Shown here: in pieces, positions 1 to 8,500 of the stretch
Position numbering within the stretch: position 1 is the stretch's first letter
How the letters are laid out: the number at the start of each line of letters is the position of its first letter
The notes under the pieces: model-generated
The model's database searches: none
What the model saw: the letters and a program-made list of their open reading frames with translations, nothing else
Told to the model about the DNA's origin: nothing
Translations under genes and position numbers: made by a program
Virus record (IMG/VR): IMGVR_UViG_3300017774_005745
Span: 96,001 to 160,000 of that record
Reading direction: 5' to 3' (one strand)
Length of the DNA: 64,000 nucleotides
Source of the DNA: a virus

Positions 1-438
1 CTCAACGTTCAGAACAACCGCTTCATCACGATGACCTACCCCATCTACGTCGCCTCTTACACTGGTGGCCCTGCGACGCTGCAAGCGCAGCGCAACGTGT
101 TCGACAACGTCACCGAGAGCGCCATTACCCTCTCGGGCTCTGTTCGAATGTTCGTCAACTACTCGAACAACCAAGTCGGCAGCCACACGAGGAACGTCGG
201 TCGCTACGGCATCGAGGTGTACAACGGGGCTTGGGGCGTCTGGGACAATCGCATCTTCGGTGGCGGTGTCGGTAGTGGCCCGACAGGAAATCTGGGCGAC
301 CTCTACATCGAAGGGGTCGGCGTGTTTCCGGGGACGACGCTCCAAGACGCGAACCAGTACCCGTCGTATCCGCAAGGCCGCAACTGCATCGTCAACCTCA
401 GCACCGGCTCGCGCATCTGCTCGGGCGGCGGGAACTAA
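1..438 (+). CDS. C-terminal part of a right-handed beta-helix (tail spike/fibre-like) protein, truncated at window start
   Basis: Frame 1 is open from base 1 (LNVQNNRFIT...). Asn-ladder repeats (NNRF, RNVF, NNQV, DNRI) are typical of parallel beta-helices. Lies in the virion module. Confidence 0.5.
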   Translation, partial: LNVQNNRFITMTYPIYVASYTGGPATLQAQRNVFDNVTESAITLSGSVRMFVNYSNNQVGSHTRNVGRYGIEVYNGAWGVWDNRIFGGGVGSGPTGNLGDLYIEGVGVFPGTTLQDANQYPSYPQGRNCIVNLSTGSRICSGGGN

Positions 439-439
439 C

Positions 440-730
440 ATGCGCCGAACACTCCTCGTCTTCGCCATCCTCTTCGCGGCTGTTGCATTGGGCCAGTCAC
501 TCCTCGGCGTGCTGTTTCAGTTGGGCGCGCCCGTCAGCACACCGACCTGCGCGGTATCCACCGTCAACACCCTCTACGCCGCAAATGGCGGAGCGGGTCA
601 AGGGGCATCAAAACTCTGTGTGTGTCGCTCTGATGGTGCAGCGACTCCTGCATATCAGTGGTGCAGTTTAACGTTTTCTGGTGCTGCTACTGTCGTATGC
701 GCAGGTGGCTCAACTACTGTATGCCCGTGA
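440..730 (+). CDS. Small secreted Cys-rich protein (signal peptide)
   Basis: ATG at 440, just after the upstream stop. MRRTLLVFAILFAAVALG looks like a Sec signal, followed by 6 Cys. The track start at 65 is an overlap artefact. Confidence 0.7.
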   Translation: MRRTLLVFAILFAAVALGQSLLGVLFQLGAPVSTPTCAVSTVNTLYAANGGAGQGASKLCVCRSDGAATPAYQWCSLTFSGAATVVCAGGSTTVCP

Positions 731-767
731 ACTTCTATTGATGGCTAACGAAATACAGTGAGGACTC

Positions 768-1817
768 ATGGCAACTCCAATCACATGGGCTCTATATGAC
801 AATGCAGGGGCTCCTCTCCTTGGAGCTACTCCGACCTTTGTCGATTTCTGTCTAAGGAACGGAACAGTCGTATCTCCTGCGCCAACCATCATTGAGCTCG
901 GAGGAGGTCTCTACGGTTTCCAACCAACAGACCAACACGAGCAACAGGGTATCTGTTACCTCATCAACTCAGGAGCAGGCGCAAACCCATCGAGACTCGC
1001 AGGTGGGATTGGTCTCTCAAGCATTCCATTCTCCGTATGGTTCCTGGAAGATTCCGGTAATGCCCTTTGGACGGGTGCTCCTCCAACCATCACAGCAGGC
1101 AATTACAGGACGCTGACCTCTACTCTCACTGCTCCTGCGATTGTTGCTGCAAGGTCTTACCTCTTCTCTCTCACGCCTCCTGCGGCCGAGTCAGCGCTTG
1201 GCGTTACTTTCCTTGCCAATTCTCCAGTAGGTGCTTTCCCAGACTTCATTCAAGACACCATCACAGCAACTCCGCTTCCTGTCTCAACGACGGCAACACT
1301 GGTCACTACGAGCGGTGGTGCAGGTTCTACCGGAGGAACAGGAGACGGGATTCCAAGTGCGGAGCTTGAGCTCAATGCATTCGTAGCCCAGGTTCGGGCG
1401 TTCATGCGTGACTATCCTGAGCTCAATAGACTCATTGCCGGAGAAGAGTCTTCAAATCGCCAAATCGTCTGGGCTGTCTTCGATGCTCTCGACGACTACA
1501 ACTCAACTCCGCCTTTCTCTGGGAATACCATTCGAACTTTCCCTTCCAAGAGCCTCCTGGTTCGTGCGACAGTGTTGAGTCTTTTGGAGTCGATTGGCCT
1601 GCTTCAGACGCGAAATCAGCTCTCATTCTCTGACGGTGGACTCCAGGTAGGAGTCAGTGATAAAACACCGTTCATACAATCTTGGATTCAACTCTTCAGA
1701 AACTCCTACGAAGAGAAGAAAATGCGGATGAAGGTTGCCATCAACATCGAATCAGCCTGGGGTGGCGGTATCAACTCTGAGTTCCGCTTCATCAATAACT
1801 TCTACGGAGAATGGTGA
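768..1817 (+). CDS. Putative head-tail adaptor (neck) protein with an N-terminal duplicated beta domain
   Basis: RBS GAGGA. The C-terminal helical part (RDYPELNRLIAGEES...RNQLSFSDGG...DKTP) resembles large-myophage neck proteins as I recall them. The N-terminal part resembles the start of 12748..13500. Confidence 0.5.
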   Translation: MATPITWALYDNAGAPLLGATPTFVDFCLRNGTVVSPAPTIIELGGGLYGFQPTDQHEQQGICYLINSGAGANPSRLAGGIGLSSIPFSVWFLEDSGNALWTGAPPTITAGNYRTLTSTLTAPAIVAARSYLFSLTPPAAESALGVTFLANSPVGAFPDFIQDTITATPLPVSTTATLVTTSGGAGSTGGTGDGIPSAELELNAFVAQVRAFMRDYPELNRLIAGEESSNRQIVWAVFDALDDYNSTPPFSGNTIRTFPSKSLLVRATVLSLLESIGLLQTRNQLSFSDGGLQVGVSDKTPFIQSWIQLFRNSYEEKKMRMKVAINIESAWGGGINSEFRFINNFYGEW

Positions 1818-1826
1818 GGATACATC

Positions 1827-1970
1827 ATGGCGGTCGCTCTCAAGTCTCGAACCTTTAGCAGCATGCAGCAACTGAACGCATTTGCTGCGGCTGTTCCGAA
1901 CAACGTCACCACTGTTGTTCAAATCGTCCACGACGCTTCCAGCGGTAAGTGGGTTCTCTTCTACACCTAA
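1827..1970 (+). CDS. 47 aa hypothetical virion-module protein (MAVALKSRTF...KWVLFYT)
   Basis: GAGGA RBS, ATG at 1827, TAA at 1968-1970. Fills the gap between neighbours; below the ORF-track cutoff. Confidence 0.75.
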   Translation: MAVALKSRTFSSMQQLNAFAAAVPNNVTTVVQIVHDASSGKWVLFYT

Positions 1971-1979
1971 GAGGCACAG

Positions 1980-2744
1980 ATGGTCTCCAAGTCCGCTGGG
2001 CTTAAAGATGTCGCAAAGGCCGGTATTCAAAGCGCCATCGATTACGTCAAGAACAACCCCCATGACCTTGCTGGAATGGTGGGAGGTGCTGCACTTGCCT
2101 CTCTCGGTACTTATCTGGCTAGCCGTCCTGGTAAGGGCGGTCGTTCTATTGACCAGGGAAAAGCCGCCCCACGACTGAAGGCTAAGAAAGACGAAAGCTT
2201 CGTAAGTGGGATGGGACGTATTGTTTCGAACACAAGAGATGACATTGCAGACCTCGCCGCCAAACATCCATTCTCTGCTGCTCTCTCTTCTGTTCCCGCA
2301 GGTGCCGCTTTTGGGAAGATGGTTGCAGGAAAAATCAAAGGAGCCTCTATGAACTCAGACCTTGAGAAGTTCGCTGAAGCGTACGGCCGTGAGATGGCTC
2401 AGAAGCAACAAAAGACCTATGATACTCTCACAGAGTCTCTGATGAAGATGGCATCTCTCGGAGAGCTCGCTGGCCAGGCTGGAAAGGCCATCATGAACTC
2501 GAAGGCAGGAACTCGTGCAGGAGTTGGTGCAGCCATCGGTGGTGCCAAGTACCTCATGAGCAACGACCCGAACAAGGGCGTTGGGACACTTGCTGCTGAT
2601 GTTGGTGGTGGCGCTCTCGCAGGGCTCGGCGCGAAGAGAGGCGTATCCGCTCTGGCAAATGCTGCGAAGACAAACAGCAATGAGCACATCAAGAACTTTG
2701 GCCAGGAGATGGTCAAGGGAATGCGCTCCAAGTCTGGAGCCTAA
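1980..2744 (+). CDS. Gly/Ala-rich basic protein with glycine-zipper segments (candidate internal head/ejection protein); possible nested start at 2349
   Basis: GAALASLG, GVGAAIGG and GGGALAGLG segments. Internal AAAGGAG-N5-ATG in frame at 2349. Contains K-x-A motifs (KSA, KFA, KMA). Confidence 0.55.
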   Translation: MVSKSAGLKDVAKAGIQSAIDYVKNNPHDLAGMVGGAALASLGTYLASRPGKGGRSIDQGKAAPRLKAKKDESFVSGMGRIVSNTRDDIADLAAKHPFSAALSSVPAGAAFGKMVAGKIKGASMNSDLEKFAEAYGREMAQKQQKTYDTLTESLMKMASLGELAGQAGKAIMNSKAGTRAGVGAAIGGAKYLMSNDPNKGVGTLAADVGGGALAGLGAKRGVSALANAAKTNSNEHIKNFGQEMVKGMRSKSGA

Positions 2745-2746
2745 TC

Positions 2747-3211
2747 TTGAACTCCTTCCACCTATCAGTGTCCTCTTTGTTCCTCTCTCTGAAGGACTCC
2801 CTCCTAGGTGCAGGTGCGTCCGTTGTGCGAGAGCAATCAGTGGTTGACGCCACCTTTGAGCTCGATAGTGCGTTTGTGCGTCTTCGAATGAAAGACTTTG
2901 GGCTCGTTAAAGCGATTCAACTCAGTGTCGGCCCGAACGAAGAGCGGCTCTCGATGGAGGACAGAGATCCCAGGTACTGTTTTCCATTCCTCGTAGACGC
3001 ACCAGCTGATGAAGTGTCTTTGAACACTCACTGGAGTTCTGAGTCCCGGATCCTGGGTCTTGTCATCAGCGGCGGCGACTCTAAGAAGTACAAAGGAACT
3101 ATTGATACCTACTCAAAGTCTTTCGTACTCGTTCACTTCGACCCAGTGAATCCTCATGTCGAGGGTGACTTCTTTTCGGCGGGAATTCAATTCATGAGAT
3201 GCGGAGCGTAA
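2747..3211 (+). CDS. Hypothetical protein
   Basis: TTG start right after the upstream stop; co-oriented and gap-filling. Confidence 0.65.
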   Translation: MNSFHLSVSSLFLSLKDSLLGAGASVVREQSVVDATFELDSAFVRLRMKDFGLVKAIQLSVGPNEERLSMEDRDPRYCFPFLVDAPADEVSLNTHWSSESRILGLVISGGDSKKYKGTIDTYSKSFVLVHFDPVNPHVEGDFFSAGIQFMRCGA

Positions 3212-3218
3212 GTGTACC

Positions 3219-4949
3219 GTGGCAGACAGACTCCCCATCGATGCAAACGTGATTGGGTATTGGGGATTCGACGAGTCCCTTGAGACTGACATTGCCCTCG
3301 ACGAGTCTTCGTACTCTCGAAACCTCACAGTAACTTCATCCCCCTCCATCGTTCTCGGCAGAGTAGGAAACGCCAGGTCGTTTAACGGCTCTTCTTCTTT
3401 TGCCTCTCCTGCGAGCTCTGCGCCTTTTAGAATTACGGGCGTACTGACGCTGGTATCGTGGGTCAGGCTCACGAACTACAACTCGGGTGGCAGCACGCTG
3501 AGCACTATTGTCTCGTGCGGCGGCCCACTCACTTCAGACAATCTGCTGTACGGCCTCTACGTCGACCTCAGTGGTCGAGTTGTCTACAAGCACGACTCTG
3601 CCTCTGGAGTGGTCGTTGTTCGAACCCCTGCTTCCTCGATCAAGACTGGTCAGATTTACAGCATCTCGATGACAAGGTCGGTCTCCGGACCTAATCAACT
3701 CATCGACATCTACATCGACGGAGTCTCGAAGACACTTGAGGTGACCGTCAACGGCTCTCCTTCCTCTCTTCCAGTACCGCCCCCTCTCTCTAATGCCTCC
3801 GCCTCTCTGAACATTGGTAGGTCTTTGAGAGAGACTGACTCTGCGTACCTGGATGGGTCGCTGGATGAGATTTCCATCCACGATATTGCACGGTCTGCGC
3901 AGCCGTACCTTCTCGAAGCGTACTTTCGAATCGCACTCAGCAACGACTTGAGTCGACTCACCTACTTCGACAACATTCTCTCTATCTCGTCATATGAGAT
4001 GAATGCGGGCGTTCGTTGGTGGGCGTATGAGAGAGACAAAGACCTCTACGTAGTCAAAGAGTCTCCCTTCGGGAACTTCCTCCCAGAGGTCAGACTCACG
4101 ACGGTAGGAGGAGGAGCTGCCTCGCTAACAACGAAGCCGGAGCTCTTCTACGATGAGACGACTGATACTCTCTACGTGTTCTTCGCTTCCGGAAATCGCA
4201 TATTCAAGCTGACTGCGCAGTCTACTGATGACGCAGCCACCATCAACATGCCATTTACGGCAGACACGGGTGGCATCATCAAGACGGTTGATAACGTCGA
4301 AGGCGGGAGATTCGGAAAGGGGGGTCCCGTTGACTTCACATTCCCTTTCTCGACTATTGATAGACAACCGGTGAAGCTAGGTCACACAGAGCCAACCGTC
4401 TCTTTCGGATTCGGAGGCTCACAAGACCTAAGCATTACGTCTTCTCCTGTTGCTCCCAGTATCGCATTTGGGTCTTCTCCTACTCTCGGTTTTGGAGTAG
4501 TTATTGGCGCGTCTTCTATGGTCGGCATCTCTGGATTCCGACTCTTCGATAGCTCTGGACAGCGCACCGTTCTGCTGACCTCTCCAGTACGGATTCCAAA
4601 TGATGGCCGTTTCTTCGTCGCTATTCCATCTCGTATTGCTGGAACGAGATACACTGCAGAGACCTTAGGACAGTTCGGACGTCCTACGAGGGCGTTCTCG
4701 AACACCATAGAAGACCGCCTCACTTCTTCTATTGACCGTTTCCCTCTTATCTCTATTGGAGATAGCTTCGACGGGCAGGAGCCGGTCCAAGCCGGGTTTG
4801 GAGGTTCTAACCAAACCTTCATAGACATCTCTTACATCAATAGAACTCCGGTTAAGTTCGCGTTTCAAGAAGAATCTCCCTCCCTAGGCCAAGGAGGAGG
4901 ACTCTCTGGGTCAATCTCATCAACGGGAAGAGGGAGCGTAGTGATATGA
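3219..4949 (+). CDS. LamG/concanavalin A-like jelly-roll domain virion protein
   Basis: GYWGFDE...GNARSFNGSSS...TLVSWV...YIDG...IG...LDGSLDEISI is the LamG-like signature. Confidence 0.8.
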   Translation: MADRLPIDANVIGYWGFDESLETDIALDESSYSRNLTVTSSPSIVLGRVGNARSFNGSSSFASPASSAPFRITGVLTLVSWVRLTNYNSGGSTLSTIVSCGGPLTSDNLLYGLYVDLSGRVVYKHDSASGVVVVRTPASSIKTGQIYSISMTRSVSGPNQLIDIYIDGVSKTLEVTVNGSPSSLPVPPPLSNASASLNIGRSLRETDSAYLDGSLDEISIHDIARSAQPYLLEAYFRIALSNDLSRLTYFDNILSISSYEMNAGVRWWAYERDKDLYVVKESPFGNFLPEVRLTTVGGGAASLTTKPELFYDETTDTLYVFFASGNRIFKLTAQSTDDAATINMPFTADTGGIIKTVDNVEGGRFGKGGPVDFTFPFSTIDRQPVKLGHTEPTVSFGFGGSQDLSITSSPVAPSIAFGSSPTLGFGVVIGASSMVGISGFRLFDSSGQRTVLLTSPVRIPNDGRFFVAIPSRIAGTRYTAETLGQFGRPTRAFSNTIEDRLTSSIDRFPLISIGDSFDGQEPVQAGFGGSNQTFIDISYINRTPVKFAFQEESPSLGQGGGLSGSISSTGRGSVVI

Positions 4950-5497
4950 GCTATAAAGTCGAAGAGGTCACCAATCAGGTCCTCCCTCCCTTCTTGAATG
5001 CAAGGAAGACTCTCGCCGTTCCTGGTGGTCTGCAGATTCGAGGAGAGTTTGAGATTGTCTGTAGAGAGGCTAACGGCGAGGACGTTTGGTCAGTTAAGCA
5101 ACCGAACCTACTGACAGACTATGGTCGTCGGTTTTGGATGGAGAACCGCTATTCGAGCGCGAGGATTGCCTTCTCTCAGTCTACCGAGCCTCCGAACTCT
5201 ACGAGATACGCCATTACCTGTGATGCGTCTAACTCACTCGCATTTACATCAGTCGGACTAGCGCCTACTAATGATGTTGTTACGTTTACAAAAACGTTCT
5301 CTACTACGTTCCCTTCTCCTCCTCCTGTGACTCGTACATTGGGCTCTATTCTACTCTGTACGGCGTCCACTAACCTCGATACCAATCTTGGAATCTACGG
5401 AGTATGCGCGTACGCTGTGCTCACTCCTGCGAAGACACAGACAACCACTCAAACACTTGAGGTTGTTTACCGTCTTTCGATGACACCAATCTCTTAA
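4946..5497 (+). CDS. Baseplate/tail-fibre-attachment type structural protein
   Basis: NLLTDYG near the N-terminus and KT-x(5)-LEVVYRL at the C-terminus resemble tail-fibre proximal (collar-like) domains. ATGA coupling. Confidence 0.5.
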   Translation: MSYKVEEVTNQVLPPFLNARKTLAVPGGLQIRGEFEIVCREANGEDVWSVKQPNLLTDYGRRFWMENRYSSARIAFSQSTEPPNSTRYAITCDASNSLAFTSVGLAPTNDVVTFTKTFSTTFPSPPPVTRTLGSILLCTASTNLDTNLGIYGVCAYAVLTPAKTQTTTQTLEVVYRLSMTPIS

Positions 5498-5508
5498 GGA
5501 ATGCTATC

Positions 5509-8500
5509 ATGTCACCAAAAGACATTTTCGGGTTTCTCAGCGTTGTTTCCCAAAAGCCCGGAACACGAGACCCTATTCAAATGGGGAATGTCTCCTTTAA
5601 GGACGTCCTACGAAGGCGCTCTCTTTCCTTCTGGAACAACAATACGGGCGCTTCCAACGACCCCGTCATTGGGTCATGTCCATTTAAAATGGATGGCTTA
5701 GTATCTGATGATACTACGGTTGGTCATGGATTTTTCAGAGAGATGCAGTCGGTTTTCTTTACTAGTCCGTTGGCCTACCCATTGAATCCGAGTGGGTCGA
5801 CCGTTGGTACGAGTACATACGACTACTCTAAGTTCCGAGCCACTGGGGTTCTAACGACCATACCAGCTACAGACGTTCCACGTGTCATTGGGTCACTGCT
5901 CCTACACGATAATCTCTCTGTTCCCACAGGCCTCTCAAACTGGGGAGCTGGGAACTCACTCGCTGCACTTAATGATGTTCCCAAGACGTTCACTCAGATT
6001 GGAACAGTCTACCTCCATCCCGCGTATGCAACGGGAGTAACTGTCTCGACTTCTATTGGTCTCTCATACGTTACATTTACTGGCTCTTCCATCTTCGACC
6101 TTCCTCGGTTTCAGCCGGGCGGCGGATTCAACCTCATTCGTCTTCACACTGGGTCCGACGCAGGCTTTTACTTCATCCATCACGTTGACTTCTTGAATAA
6201 CCGTCTCTACCTAAGATGTCTCGACGGTTCGATGTTTGCTGCTATCGCAACGAATGCGTCCGTTGGTACTACTATCGCCCCAGGCCGAAGAGCATACTTC
6301 AACGAAACGTCCATTATTCCTCTGGGAACTGGGACTGTGGCGGTTGGCGGTACGTTCGTGCCGGGTGCTGCTCGTGATAGTTTTATCATGCGCATCGTAT
6401 TTGATAAGACAGGCTCGACAGAAGCGGCAGTTGCGACCGAACAACAGGGAAGCTACTACGTGACCATGAAGCCGTATACCCACGGCGATGGTATCGTTGC
6501 GACGAATCAAGAGGATTCAGGATCGGCTCTCTCTGGCGCATTTGCTGCGCAGGGCAGCGCTGTTGTGCCCTTCAACTTTCAATTCTTTGATGGAGGCGCA
6601 AGTGCTATTACTCTCGACGAAAGTGCCCAGCGAGTCTGGTTTGGATATACGAACGCATCAACCCAATCTGGGATCGCATGTTGGAGATGGAAGACCGTTG
6701 AGAGCTTCCGAGAGGTAGCAAACTATCTTGGAACTGCAGGACATGCTTCCTTCTTGACTCCGGCAATTACCTTGGGCGCTGGTGACTTCATTCGAAGTGC
6801 GCACACTGGTTCCACGGGAATCAACTACTTCATCATTGGGCACGCAACAAGCGGTAACGGCGGTGTGGTTGTTATCAACGCCAACCTGACAACATCTCAG
6901 TACCGATTGGCACAGGGTATTCCAAACTCGAACCTCTCTGGTGGTGCTCTCGATAAGAGCCGTGCAAGAACCGGAACCGCAGCAGATACGAGCACCAACG
7001 GGGCCAATCAAATCACATCGGCGTCCGGTGCATTTACTGCTGCCGATGTCGGACGCTGCATCTCTATTACAGGGGCAACAGGAGACAACGGCACTTACAA
7101 GATTGCGACGATTGTCTCCGGTACTCAGGTAACGGTCACTACTCCCGCAGGAGGGGCAGTCACCTTTACGACTCAAACCGGTGGTACGTTCCAGATTGGC
7201 GATCGCCTGTACTTGATGTTCAATAACAACACTACAGGGGCAGGTCAGATCAACTTCATGGAGTCTCTTGCTCCTGGAGTGTTCCACACGCGAGCAGTAT
7301 CCATGACGAACGGCGCAAACTGCAACGTTCAGATTAAGCCCGGAGAGCCCTGTAGAGTAGACGTCGACCCTTCTACTGGAGACGTGTATTGGCTCTCCAA
7401 CGACACTCAGCAACAGATTAATAAGTATCTCCCACTGACGAACACTCACGAGTTTAGAACAATTGCAGACGTTGCGTCTCCCTCTGGTCAAGTAGGTACA
7501 GTTGGTACGATTACGACCTTCACCGCTGTGAAGGTAAATCCGAAGTTTGATGAAGTCTGGGTAGGTACAGACCAGGGCCACGTGAAACTCGTCAAGAGTG
7601 CGTTCACAGGGGCTAACTACAAGCGGTACTTTGGAAACGACAGTGCAAACTATGCGAACCCCACTGGATTCCCACGCGGGGATGGAAGCGCATCAGCCAG
7701 CGGACTGAGCGGAGCTCAAGATACGCGCCACGTTCGATTTTATGCCATTCGTGTAGATGGAAGAGTTATCTCTGGGTTGATGTCTGTGAGTGGGCAGAAC
7801 GTAGATTTGGCTCACTACCACCGAGACGGTGACCTCTTCGTAGCTTCGGATGCGATATCTTCTACCTCCGCGCTCACGTCGAACATGATCGTCGATTCTT
7901 ACGGTCGGTGGTTTATGTGCTGCCCAGGACAGGCAGGACAATGGAGATTCTCCTTCGGTGGACACGACATCCACTACCAATGGGACAACGCAAATACACG
8001 TTGGATCCCTCTAGAGATCGCGCCATCGAACCTTCCAAATAAGAGTGTCTCAGATACGTTCTCTCCAGGTCTGACCTCCCGCCCCATTCACTCGACAGCT
8101 GAGCCTGTGTTGTATGGAGTAACTGTTCAGTTCAATCGACAGGGAGGAGCTACTCCGCCAAACAATGAGTTCCTTGGTCGTGCAGGTCAGACGGGTGTGG
8201 CCAGGACGGACGGTTCAACAACATCTGGACTCAGCACGTTCAACGGTTCGAGCTTCGTATCTGGAGACGTCGGGAGAATTCTCAGAATCGAGTCGGGCGC
8301 AGATGCTGGTATGTACAAGATTACCGTGTTTACCAGCTCTACCTTAATTACTATCTCCAGAATGAACGGCACTGCCGTATCTGCTGCTGCAACTGCAAGC
8401 TCTCTGAGCTACTCTGTTTGGGACTTGGGTGCTGTTGGCTCTACTGCAGGACCTGAGGATGCCACCGTCTTGTTGGCAAACGGATTCTCTAAAGACAATA

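Noticed and set aside
65-439. N-terminal extension of the 221 aa ORF in the track
   Set aside because: Overlaps the upstream beta-helix gene out of frame; the signal peptide begins at ATG 440.
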